The notes under the pieces were generated by a model. It searched no databases. It saw nothing but the letters and a program-made list of their open reading frames with translations, and was not told the origin of the DNA. From Chthonomonas sp. (lineage in GTDB: Bacteria; Armatimonadota; Fimbriimonadia; Fimbriimonadales; Fimbriimonadaceae): 32,000 nucleotides of DNA. The first letter of the stretch is position 1; the number at the start of each line of letters is the position of its first letter. The DNA lies in NCBI GenBank assembly GCA_031425375.1, contig JANPJF010000006.1, positions 224,123 through 256,122 of the forward strand. The letters are read 5' to 3'. The translations under genes were made by a program, and so were the position numbers. Positions 1 through 8,605 of the stretch are shown piece by piece.

Positions 1-556
1 TGACATCAACCTTGTCGCCCGGCACCGAGAACGACCGCTCGACCTGCCCCTTCATGAAGTCGGAACAAACGATCACCCGCCACGCTTCGTAGGTCAGCCA
101 ATACTCCATCTCGTGGATGTACTTTTGCATCGGCGTGAAGATGCCGCCGTTACGCCCTTCCTCGGTGGCGTGGACCGTGGCGACGACCGGAAGTTGGTAT
201 TCGTACTTCAATTCCCGCGCCGATTCGAGCGAAAGCCAGTCGTGAGCGTGGAAGATGGTCGGCTGACCGCCAGGACGCCAGTCTTCGAGCAATCGCCGGA
301 CTCTGAGGTCGGTCGCTTTATTCAGAAGCTGAATTTCATGGACAAAATTGTCCGGCTCCTTCTCCAGGTGGACACGATGGACATGGACCCCGCTCGGCTC
401 AATCTCCTCGTCAGGGGCGAGCGCGGTGTTCTTGGTCACGACATGAACCTCGATACCGAGTTTCACGAGTTCCTTGGAGAGATCGTAGACGTGGGGGCTG
501 ATTCCGCCAACAATCCGCGGAGGGTATTCCCAAGACAGCATCACCACGCGTAGCAC
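1..556 (-). CDS. Glycosyltransferase family 4 / glycogen-synthase-like, N-terminal part (runs off the window)
   Basis: Reverse-strand translation from the GTG at 556: VLRVVMLSWEYPPRIVGGISPHVYDLSKELVKLGIEVHVVTKN...FHAHDWLSFESARELKYEYQLPVVATVHATEEGR. WEYPPxxxGGxxxHV and HAHDW/HATE are typical GT4/GT5 motifs. Open to base 1; an in-frame stop lies just upstream of the GTG. Confidence 0.88.
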   Translation of the reverse strand, partial: MLRVVMLSWEYPPRIVGGISPHVYDLSKELVKLGIEVHVVTKNTALAPDEEIEPSGVHVHRVHLEKEPDNFVHEIQLLNKATDLRVRRLLEDWRPGGQPTIFHAHDWLSLESARELKYEYQLPVVATVHATEEGRNGGIFTPMQKYIHEMEYWLTYEAWRVIVCSDFMKGQVERSFSVPGDKVDV

Positions 557-595
557 GGCTCATTTTAGCCAACTGCCGCGCCCATAATCTGGGAC

Positions 596-2332
596 ATGGA
601 CGAAGCTTCAGCGAGAGTGGTGGAAACCGCGAAGCGCAAATTGGGAATGGGAGACGGGGAGGGAGCCGTGTCCTTGTTACGCGGCGCCCTTTCTCGCACC
701 CCCAATGACCCTGCGGTTAAGCTCGTGCTCGGACAAATTTTAATCGAGCTTGGAAAGCCTGCCGAGGCGATCATCGAGCTCACGGCGGCACTGGAAATCG
801 ATAAGTCTTCGGTCTCGGCGGCGTCTGCATTAGCTCTGGCGCTCCATCAAACCGGCGAGACCCTGGCCGCGCATGCGGTATTGCTTCCGTTTATCACGGC
901 TCATTTCGCCTCCTACGACGCGTATCTGAATTTTTCTCAAGTTTGTCTTGCCCTTGATCTGGGAAAGGAAGGAGCGCAGGCCGCGCGAAGGGCACTCGCT
1001 CTCGAGCCCAACTCCGCGGCGGCAGCAATAAACCTGTTTCTGTGCAACCGAACAGCAGATGACTTACAAGCGTGGCGCGAATTGTATGAAACCGCACTCG
1101 CACAGCCTGGCCTAGCTACTCTAAAGGCGGCAGCCGCGGAATCGCTCTACCTCTCCCGTCTCACCGAAGCCGAGGTAACCGCCGTCCACCAAGAGGTCGG
1201 AGACCGCCTCGCGAAGAACATCGCGCCAACTAGGCGCCACTCCGGTTCACGCGACCCGGAGCGACCTCTCAAGGTCGGATTCATTTCCCCCGACTTCCGT
1301 AGCCACCCCGTTGCGTCATTTGCGCTGAGCTTCTTAAATCATTGGAACGCTGAGCAGCTCCCTCCGACCTTTTACTCCCTGAACCCTCTGGAGGACGAGG
1401 TCACCGAGCGCTTCAAAGCGATGGGTCGTTGGCGTCCCTCGGCGGGTCAAAAGGCAACGGCGCTCGCATCGCAAATCATGGCCGACGGCATCGACGTCCT
1501 GGTTGACCTCGCGGGATACACCGTGGGCGGCAGACCGGAAATTCTCGCCATGCGCCCATCCCCAGTGGTCATATCTGCTATCGGCTACCCAGCCTCATTG
1601 CATCTGGAGCGGCTCGACGGCGAGTTCACCGATGAAATCGCTGCTCCGAGTGGCGTGACTGATTGGGTAAATCCGATCCGGCTCCCTAATCCATTCCTGT
1701 GCTACGCCCCGGTTGAGTCGATTCCCGACATTTCGGCAGCACCGAAGGAGAGCTTCCGCTGGGGAGTTGCGTGCAACGCAAAGAAGATCAACGTTGCCAG
1801 CGTCGAGCTTTGGGCATCGGTTCTTAACGCCACCCCTGGTTCGACCTTGCATTGTGGCTGCCCCGAGTTTAGTCGAGCCTCCGAGCTCGAGCGAGTGCGG
1901 CGCCTCTTCGACGAGGCAGGTGTCTCAGACCGCTGCGTTTTCTTCACCGGCGTCCGAAACTACTCACAGTATATGACTTTGTATAACTCCCTTGACACTG
2001 TGCTAGACACCTTCCCCTTCAACGGCGCGACCACGACGATGGACGCGCTTTTGATGGGGGTGCCCGTACTCAGCCTTTCCGGTGTATCGCATCGCTCGCG
2101 GGTGGGGGCATCGTTGCTCTCCGCGTTGGGCCGGCCAGATTGGGTCGCCAACACGCCGGAGTCGCTCCTAACGAAGGCCGTGAAGGTGCACAATGCCGGC
2201 AGTCCCGACCTAACTGCCCGAAAAACTCTCCGCGAACAAGTACAGAAATCCCTCCTCATGGACGGTGTCGAGTACGCGAAGAACTTTGCGCATGAGGTTC
2301 GAAATGCCTGGCACCGCTACTGTATTTCCTAG
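596..2332 (+). CDS. TPR + SPINDLY/OGT-like (GT41) glycosyltransferase, paralog 1
   Basis: 578 aa. N-terminal TPR repeats; C-terminal LKVGFISPDFRSHPVASF, DGIDVLVDLAGYTVGGRPEILAMRPSPVVISAIGYPAS, LDTFPFNGATTTMDALLMGVPVLSLSG, HRSRVGASLLSALG. Confidence 0.9.
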   Translation: MDEASARVVETAKRKLGMGDGEGAVSLLRGALSRTPNDPAVKLVLGQILIELGKPAEAIIELTAALEIDKSSVSAASALALALHQTGETLAAHAVLLPFITAHFASYDAYLNFSQVCLALDLGKEGAQAARRALALEPNSAAAAINLFLCNRTADDLQAWRELYETALAQPGLATLKAAAAESLYLSRLTEAEVTAVHQEVGDRLAKNIAPTRRHSGSRDPERPLKVGFISPDFRSHPVASFALSFLNHWNAEQLPPTFYSLNPLEDEVTERFKAMGRWRPSAGQKATALASQIMADGIDVLVDLAGYTVGGRPEILAMRPSPVVISAIGYPASLHLERLDGEFTDEIAAPSGVTDWVNPIRLPNPFLCYAPVESIPDISAAPKESFRWGVACNAKKINVASVELWASVLNATPGSTLHCGCPEFSRASELERVRRLFDEAGVSDRCVFFTGVRNYSQYMTLYNSLDTVLDTFPFNGATTTMDALLMGVPVLSLSGVSHRSRVGASLLSALGRPDWVANTPESLLTKAVKVHNAGSPDLTARKTLREQVQKSLLMDGVEYAKNFAHEVRNAWHRYCIS

Positions 2333-2355
2333 CCGGCCATAACGTCCACTGGCGA

Positions 2356-4122
2356 TTGGGCCAAAATAGCTCTGTGATTACCCTTGCAGACCAAGCCATC
2401 GAGCACGCGCTTCAGCTCTTCGCGAACGACCATCGCGAAAAAGCTCATGAGATGCTGGTGAAATTAGTCGAGGAAAATCCAGAAAAGGCGAAGGCGGTTC
2501 ATAGCCTCGCAATGATCCTGATGAACATGGATCGGGCGAATGAGGCTCTTCCCCACCTTCTCAAATCAATCGAACTGGAACCCAATAATTCGGTTTTCTA
2601 CTGCAATTTGGGCGCGTACTACACGCGGGTCAATGAACACGAACAATCTCTGATCGAGCTTTTCAAGGCGGTCGAAATCAACCCAAATTACACCGACGCG
2701 ATGCTGAACATCGGGCACGTGATGAGCATGTTGGGGCGATTTGATGAAGCCATCGAATGGGCCTCGAAGGCTCACGCCATCGTGCCTCAAGACGAGCAGC
2801 TCACGATGAACCTGTACACGTACCTGCGCGATCAAGATTTTGAGCGCGGGTTTAAGTTCCTCCGCGAGGCGTTGGTGAAGTATGACCGCCCCCACTTCTG
2901 GCGAGTGGTCTGCAGCGACTCTCTTTATTCAGATCAGATCAGCGAAGAGGACGTGGATGCGGTTCACTTTGAACTTGGGCAGAAAATCGCTTCCGGACTG
3001 CCCGCCACCCGCCGCTACATCAACAAAGCCGACCCGGAACGAAAAATTCGCATTGGGTTTATGTCGAGCGACTTGCGGCGCCATTCGGTGTCGTTTTTCC
3101 TCAAAGAGTGGCTCAGCAAACTCGACAAGGGTCGGTTCGAGATTTATTGCTACCTCGCCATGGGTGCGCGTGATGACATCAGCGACATGTACGAGGAGTT
3201 CTCCACGTTCAAGGTTGTACATGCCTCAAAGATCCAGTCGCTGGTGAACGTGATTTACAACGACGGAGTCGACATTCTGTTTGATCTGAATGGTCTCACC
3301 ATCGGTGGCCGACCGGACGTGCTTGCCGTCAAGCCTGCCCCGATCATCGTCTCGGCCATCGGCTACGCCCACTCCATTGGTCTTGACCGTATCGATTACC
3401 GAATCTCGGACGCAATTACCGACCCCGAGGGTAGCCAAGTTCACTACGCCGAGAAACTTGTCACCCTCGAAGGATGCTTCCTTTGCTACGGCGTGCTAGA
3501 CCCACTCCCGGATGTCGCCGAGATTGAGGACCGCCCCGTCACTTTTGGCTCGTTTAATAACCACCTGAAAATCAATCCGAGCACCGTGAAACTGTGGTCC
3601 GATGTCGTAAAAGCTAACCCGGGATCGGTGCTGGTTCTCAAGGCGCTTGGGCTTCGCCACCCACCCATCCGAAAAGCGGTGCTCGGATGGTTCGATCATG
3701 AAGGCATTGCCGACCGAGTGCGAATCTTGGAGCCGCAAGACGAAGTCGTGGCCCACCAGGCCATGTATAAGGAGATTGACATCACGCTTGACACCTTCCC
3801 CTACAATGGAACTACGACCACGATGGAATCGCTACTCATGGGCGTTCCGGTCATGACCCTTCAAGGCGACGTGCACCGAAAGCGCGTCAGCAGTTCCCTC
3901 CTCATCAACGCGGGATTCCCCGAATGGGTAGCCATGACCCAAGAAGAGTTCGTTGCGCTATCCCAAAAGATGGCCGCTGATATCAAGTCCATCCGAGCCG
4001 GACGAAAAGCCCTCCGCGCGAAGGTCTTCGCATCGCCGGTCATGGACTCCGACGCCTACTCAAAAAAGATGGCAGCGTTTATGGACAAAGCATGGCGCGA
4101 CTACTGCTCGACTAAGGCGTAA
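2356..4122 (+). CDS. TPR + SPINDLY/OGT-like (GT41) glycosyltransferase, paralog 2
   Basis: 588 aa from a TTG at 2356; a GTG at 2374 (VITLADQAIEHAL) is an alternative start. TPRs, then KIRIGFMSSDLRRHSVSFFL, FGSFNNHLKINPSTVKLWSDVV, LDTFPYNGTTTTMESLLMGVPVMTLQG. Confidence 0.92.
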   Translation: MGQNSSVITLADQAIEHALQLFANDHREKAHEMLVKLVEENPEKAKAVHSLAMILMNMDRANEALPHLLKSIELEPNNSVFYCNLGAYYTRVNEHEQSLIELFKAVEINPNYTDAMLNIGHVMSMLGRFDEAIEWASKAHAIVPQDEQLTMNLYTYLRDQDFERGFKFLREALVKYDRPHFWRVVCSDSLYSDQISEEDVDAVHFELGQKIASGLPATRRYINKADPERKIRIGFMSSDLRRHSVSFFLKEWLSKLDKGRFEIYCYLAMGARDDISDMYEEFSTFKVVHASKIQSLVNVIYNDGVDILFDLNGLTIGGRPDVLAVKPAPIIVSAIGYAHSIGLDRIDYRISDAITDPEGSQVHYAEKLVTLEGCFLCYGVLDPLPDVAEIEDRPVTFGSFNNHLKINPSTVKLWSDVVKANPGSVLVLKALGLRHPPIRKAVLGWFDHEGIADRVRILEPQDEVVAHQAMYKEIDITLDTFPYNGTTTTMESLLMGVPVMTLQGDVHRKRVSSSLLINAGFPEWVAMTQEEFVALSQKMAADIKSIRAGRKALRAKVFASPVMDSDAYSKKMAAFMDKAWRDYCSTKA

Positions 4123-4128
4123 TCCAGA

Positions 4129-5919
4129 ATGGCGCAGCTCCCCCAGGAAGATTCTTCGTCGATGCAAAAAGTGCAGCGGCTAATGCTTTTAGGAGACTTT
4201 GCCGGGGCCATAATCCAGTGCGATAAGCTCGTTGAGGCGCATCCAGACGACGTTGTTCTTTTGCTCTTTCGGGCTAGGATTGCCGATCAGGCTCAGCACA
4301 CGGCTTATGCGGAAATCTTCTTTCGACGCGCAGCGACCGCGAGCACCCTTTCCCCGCTCGGGCACCGCCACTTGGCTGCATGGCTGCAGTCTCAGGGCCG
4401 GTCAAATGATGTCCTCGCGGCGGTTGATGATGGGCTAAAGCTCTTTCCCGATGACCTTCCGCTGCTGTCTATAGGGTTCAGAGCCGGAGCAAACGACGAC
4501 AACATAGCTTCCGCAATTCAGCGTCTGGAGGAACTCATACTCACTGAAGATGATGCGCAGGTGCTCTCGGATACGCTAAACCTGCTCAGCCCACTGTTCC
4601 AATCATTCGGAGAATCTGCATTCGTTGAGCGGTTGATCGGGCGCCTCGTTGAAATCGAACCCGCGAGTATTGACAACCGTCGGTGCCAAGCCTTCACGTC
4701 GCTTTACAACGATGCACTAGATCCAACAGATTTGGCGAAAATTCACTTTGAGTTTGGACAAATGGTCGAGGCCAGCATCGCGCCAAAATGGCCCCAGTTC
4801 TCCAACAATCGAAATGCGGATCGCAAGTTGCGGATCGGCTACCTCTCGCCAGATTTCAGAGCCCATGTCGTCGCAAACTTCAATCTGGGTTGGATAGAGA
4901 TGCACGATCCAGATGAAGTTGAAGTAACACTGTACATAGGAAACGCCCCCGACACGGTGACCGAGCGATTCATTGCCGCGTCAGAAAAGCACCGTTTCAT
5001 AAGAGACCTCTCCCCGATCGCAGTTGCGGAGAAAATCAAATCCGATAAGATCGACATCCTCGTTGACTTTGCGGGTCACACAACCGGTAGCTTGACTGCA
5101 ATGCTGGCCTTACGACCCGCTCCGGTCCAGGTGTCCTATGTTGGCTATGCCGCTACGACGGGTCTCTCGCGAATCGACTATCGCATTGTTGATGGCATCA
5201 CCGATCCTGAGGGAGCGGAGGAGCTGGCTAGTGAACGCCTATACCGCCTCGACCGGTGTTTCCTCGGGTACAAGCGGATCACCGAGTTGCCAGCACTAAG
5301 TAGCGCCTTACCTGACGTTCCTACCGCCGGGACGTTCAACAATCTCATTAAGGTATCCGACAGCACCCTCCGCGCCTGGGCAAGGATTCACCAATTGCAC
5401 CCAGAAGCACACCTCATCACCAAATGCCACCTCCCCACCTCTGAACCCCTGAGGCTCTTCAAATTGGCCAAGATGCGCGAAGTTTTAGAGAGGGCTGGGG
5501 GGGATCCTGACCGATTCGATTTGCTACCGTTCATCCTCAGTTATGAAGAGAGCCAACTTGCGTATGGTCAGTTAGACATCGCGTTAGACCCATTCCCATA
5601 CAACGGTACGACGACGACCTTCGAAGCTCTATCTATGGGCATCCCAGTTGTAACCTTACTGGGAACGGACCACCGCTCGAGGGTGAGTGCCAGTATCCTA
5701 GAGCATGTCGGCCTAAACCAATGGATTGCGAATTCGGTCGAAGAGTACGCCGAAATCGCGGCAGACTTGCTCAACAACCGAAAAGAGATTCTTGAGAAGC
5801 GCCCTGCGCTACGGGACTTGCTCCTCCAATCCGATCCCTGCAACCTTTCGGCGCATGTGACAGCTCTTGAGGATGCGTACCGCACCATGTGGCGGGACTA
5901 CTGCGAGGCTAAGGCGTAA
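4129..5919 (+). CDS. TPR + SPINDLY/OGT-like (GT41) glycosyltransferase, paralog 3
   Basis: 596 aa. KLRIGYLSPDFRAHVVANF, DKIDILVDFAGHTTGSLTAMLALRPAPVQVSYVGY, TFNNLIKVSDSTLRAWARI, LDPFPYNGTTTTFEALSMGIPVVTLLG. Confidence 0.92.
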   Translation: MAQLPQEDSSSMQKVQRLMLLGDFAGAIIQCDKLVEAHPDDVVLLLFRARIADQAQHTAYAEIFFRRAATASTLSPLGHRHLAAWLQSQGRSNDVLAAVDDGLKLFPDDLPLLSIGFRAGANDDNIASAIQRLEELILTEDDAQVLSDTLNLLSPLFQSFGESAFVERLIGRLVEIEPASIDNRRCQAFTSLYNDALDPTDLAKIHFEFGQMVEASIAPKWPQFSNNRNADRKLRIGYLSPDFRAHVVANFNLGWIEMHDPDEVEVTLYIGNAPDTVTERFIAASEKHRFIRDLSPIAVAEKIKSDKIDILVDFAGHTTGSLTAMLALRPAPVQVSYVGYAATTGLSRIDYRIVDGITDPEGAEELASERLYRLDRCFLGYKRITELPALSSALPDVPTAGTFNNLIKVSDSTLRAWARIHQLHPEAHLITKCHLPTSEPLRLFKLAKMREVLERAGGDPDRFDLLPFILSYEESQLAYGQLDIALDPFPYNGTTTTFEALSMGIPVVTLLGTDHRSRVSASILEHVGLNQWIANSVEEYAEIAADLLNNRKEILEKRPALRDLLLQSDPCNLSAHVTALEDAYRTMWRDYCEAKA

Positions 5920-7673
5920 TGGTTCCATTAGCGGCGTTGATGCGCCTTGTTCAGAGTTCCGGAGTTTTCGCGGCTGCAAAAGAAAGTAGTAGAGAGTTTG
6001 AAGCGGGACGGTCCGATAGGGACTTTTTGCAACTGCATGCAAAGTTGTTAGAGGCAACGGGACGGCGACCTGAAGCTATTGATATCTGCCTTCAGCTTGT
6101 TTCGTCACACCCCCACGACGCGACCCTGATCTCCGAACTAGGTGTACTCTACGAGAATTCCGGCAACTATGAGGCCGCTCTGGAACTCCATGAAAGGGCT
6201 GTCAAAGTCGAACCAACGTCCCAGCGACACGACCTCGCAGTTAGACGGTGTCAAGTTCACTTAAAGGACTTCTTTTCCGGGCTCGATGCGCTCATCGCTG
6301 CAGCAGAGGGCTGTCCAGACGACAGCGTATGCTATGAGAACTTCTACGCCGCAATGCACTTCGCCAAATCGGTTGGCGATCTTCCCAGAGCGACGCAGGT
6401 GGCCAAGCACTTGCAGACGCGGTTTGCACGAAACACGATAGCCGAGCTGCTGCTCCCGGTGCTGGCTTTGTACAGTGAAGAGGAGACCGGAGAGAGTCTT
6501 GATCTCCATCATACGACGTCCATGAAAACCCTGGACCCACGCACTCCATTCGGTCGAGGTACGTACAACTTAAATCAAAATCCAGATCGTGACCTGCGAG
6601 TCGGGTTTATCAGCGCCGATTTTCGGCGACATTCAGTGGCGCACTTCGTGCAAGCTTTGTTATCGCATTCCTCAGACTCGCGTCTACGCGTGATGGCATA
6701 TATGGTTGGCACCGCAGATGACGTCACGCCATCCCTCGTGGGCGCCGCTGACCGCGCCAGGATCTTTGAAGTTACGGATGTAACTCGCATTTGTGCGCAA
6801 ATTCGGGCTGACAAAATTGATGTTTTAGTTGACCTTTCGGGACCGACTTCAGCCACCATCGTCGAAATCATGCTCCGCTCGCCGGCCCCTGTTCAGATAA
6901 GTATGATTGGCTACCCCCACCACTTTGGTTCAGATCGAGTGCCTTATCACGTATCGGACTCGATTGCTGACCAATCAGCTTCGGTAGGGCGCGCCATGAA
7001 ACTGCGGATGAATCGCTGCTTTCTAAACTATGTCCCGTTGGAAGGTCAACCGCCCAGCCCCATTCCGTTGAAGCAGGCGTTCGGCAGTCTAAACAACCCG
7101 TTGAAGCTGGAGCCGAGCGTCCTCGCTGCATGGAGTCAAATCCTGGGGCAGTGTCCTCACGCAAGCTTAATCCTGAAAGGCGCCAGTTACTTTGGAGAAA
7201 GCTACCGACGTGCAGGAGCGAAACGTCTGCATGAGAGCTTCGCTCGACTGGGGGTCGACCCTGAAAGGATCATCGTTCAGGATTACACTCGTGATCATGC
7301 TGAACCATTTGAAACCTATCGCGAAATCTCGGTTGCCCTTGACCCGTTTCCGTATAACGGAACAACGACTACTCTAGAGGCACTCGCCGCCGGTGTACCT
7401 GTCGTGACGCTAGAAGGGCATGATCACAGGAGTCGGGTAGGAGTCAGCGTTCTTTCCCACCTCGGAAAAAGTGAGTGGGTCACGCCAAACATCGAGGGTT
7501 ATGTACAAACCGCCGTGCGTCTGATGGAGGACACCCAGACCCTCTCGCAGATTCGGGAAGATCTTCCAAGTCAGCTAAGGAAGAGCCAAATAATGGATGG
7601 GGCCAGCTATCGAGCTGAGTTCGAGAATCTAGTCCGTCAAGCATGGACTACTTGGTGCGAGAACTCTGACTAG
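5919..7673 (+). CDS. TPR + SPINDLY/OGT-like (GT41) glycosyltransferase, paralog 4
   Basis: 584 aa, start overlaps the stop of paralog 3 (TAATG). DLRVGFISADFRRHSVAHF, AFGSLNNPLKLEPSVLAAWSQIL, LDPFPYNGTTTTLEALAAGVPVVTLEGHDHRSRVGVSVLSHLG. Confidence 0.92.
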   Translation: MVPLAALMRLVQSSGVFAAAKESSREFEAGRSDRDFLQLHAKLLEATGRRPEAIDICLQLVSSHPHDATLISELGVLYENSGNYEAALELHERAVKVEPTSQRHDLAVRRCQVHLKDFFSGLDALIAAAEGCPDDSVCYENFYAAMHFAKSVGDLPRATQVAKHLQTRFARNTIAELLLPVLALYSEEETGESLDLHHTTSMKTLDPRTPFGRGTYNLNQNPDRDLRVGFISADFRRHSVAHFVQALLSHSSDSRLRVMAYMVGTADDVTPSLVGAADRARIFEVTDVTRICAQIRADKIDVLVDLSGPTSATIVEIMLRSPAPVQISMIGYPHHFGSDRVPYHVSDSIADQSASVGRAMKLRMNRCFLNYVPLEGQPPSPIPLKQAFGSLNNPLKLEPSVLAAWSQILGQCPHASLILKGASYFGESYRRAGAKRLHESFARLGVDPERIIVQDYTRDHAEPFETYREISVALDPFPYNGTTTTLEALAAGVPVVTLEGHDHRSRVGVSVLSHLGKSEWVTPNIEGYVQTAVRLMEDTQTLSQIREDLPSQLRKSQIMDGASYRAEFENLVRQAWTTWCENSD

Positions 7674-8605
7674 TCCAGATAGTCCAACTCTTTAAGCATC
7701 CGAGGGTTCTGCCGCCACTCGGTTCGAACCTTCACAAATAATTCCAGGAAGACCGGTTTGCCCACGATCGCTTCAATCTCGGCCCGAGCCTCGGTGCCGA
7801 TGCGCTTGAGCATCTCCCCGCGCTTGCCGATGAGGATCGCTTTCTGACCATCCTTTTCGACCACCAGAGAAACCAGAATTCGCACAACGTTTGGCTCATC
7901 GGTCCAGTCGTCAACGATTGCGGCTAAGGCGTGAGGAACCTCTTCCCGAGTCAGGCGCAAGGCCTTCTCCCGAACCAATTCCGAGGCTAGACGACGCATC
8001 GGTTGATCGGTCACTTCGTCTTCCGGGTAAAGCATCGGGCCTTCCGGCAAGTGCTCCAGGATCATTTCGACGAGCTTGTCCACGTTGCGAGTCTTAGTGA
8101 GGCTCGTCATCATGATTCGGTCGGTGCCGAACAGCTTCCCGAACCGCTCGTAATGATCTTGAACATCCACCGCTCGCAAAAGGTCCATCTTGTTCAGACA
8201 GAGGATCACATTCGGCTTTGCCTTCCCATCCGCCTCAATCCAATTCTGCTGACGCAGCATCTCGGCGAGGGCTTCCTCGTCCTTATCCGGCTTGCGGGAG
8301 GCGTCCACCATCACGATGAGAGCATCGGCTCCATCCATGCTCCCCTGTGCCGTCTCATTCAGGATCTTGCCAAGGTGGGTGTGAGCCTTATGAACACCCG
8401 GCGTGTCAATCAAGATGAGTTGATAGTCGGCCTCCGTGACAATGCCCAACATACGGTGACGGGTGGTCTGCGCTTTGTCGCTGACAATACTCACCTTCTG
8501 ACCCACCAGAAGGTTGGTCAGCGTGCTCTTGCCAGTGTTCGGCTTGCCAACGAGCGCGACCATTCCGCTGCGGAACGGCTTAGTCTCGTTTTCTAAAGAC
8601 AACAT
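7670..8605 (-). CDS. era: GTPase Era
   Basis: 311 aa. GKPNTGKSTLTNLLVGQKVSIVSDKAQTTRHRMLGI, DTPG, NKMD, C-terminal KH-like VFLELFVKVRTEWRQNPRMLKELDYLD. A start at the internal Met of MVALVGKPNTG is also possible. Confidence 0.97.
   Translation of the reverse strand: MLSLENETKPFRSGMVALVGKPNTGKSTLTNLLVGQKVSIVSDKAQTTRHRMLGIVTEADYQLILIDTPGVHKAHTHLGKILNETAQGSMDGADALIVMVDASRKPDKDEEALAEMLRQQNWIEADGKAKPNVILCLNKMDLLRAVDVQDHYERFGKLFGTDRIMMTSLTKTRNVDKLVEMILEHLPEGPMLYPEDEVTDQPMRRLASELVREKALRLTREEVPHALAAIVDDWTDEPNVVRILVSLVVEKDGQKAILIGKRGEMLKRIGTEARAEIEAIVGKPVFLELFVKVRTEWRQNPRMLKELDYLD

Noticed and set aside
113-553. 146-aa + strand ORF at window start
   Set aside because: It is antisense to a clearly coding GT4-type glycosyltransferase on the minus strand and has no recognisable motif.
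7710-7730. TTCGAAC sequence resembling a tRNA T-loop
   Set aside because: Lies inside era codons, with no flanking cloverleaf stems.
8003-8596. 197-aa + strand ORF over era
   Set aside because: Antisense shadow of a highly conserved gene; high-GC coding regions generate such ORFs.
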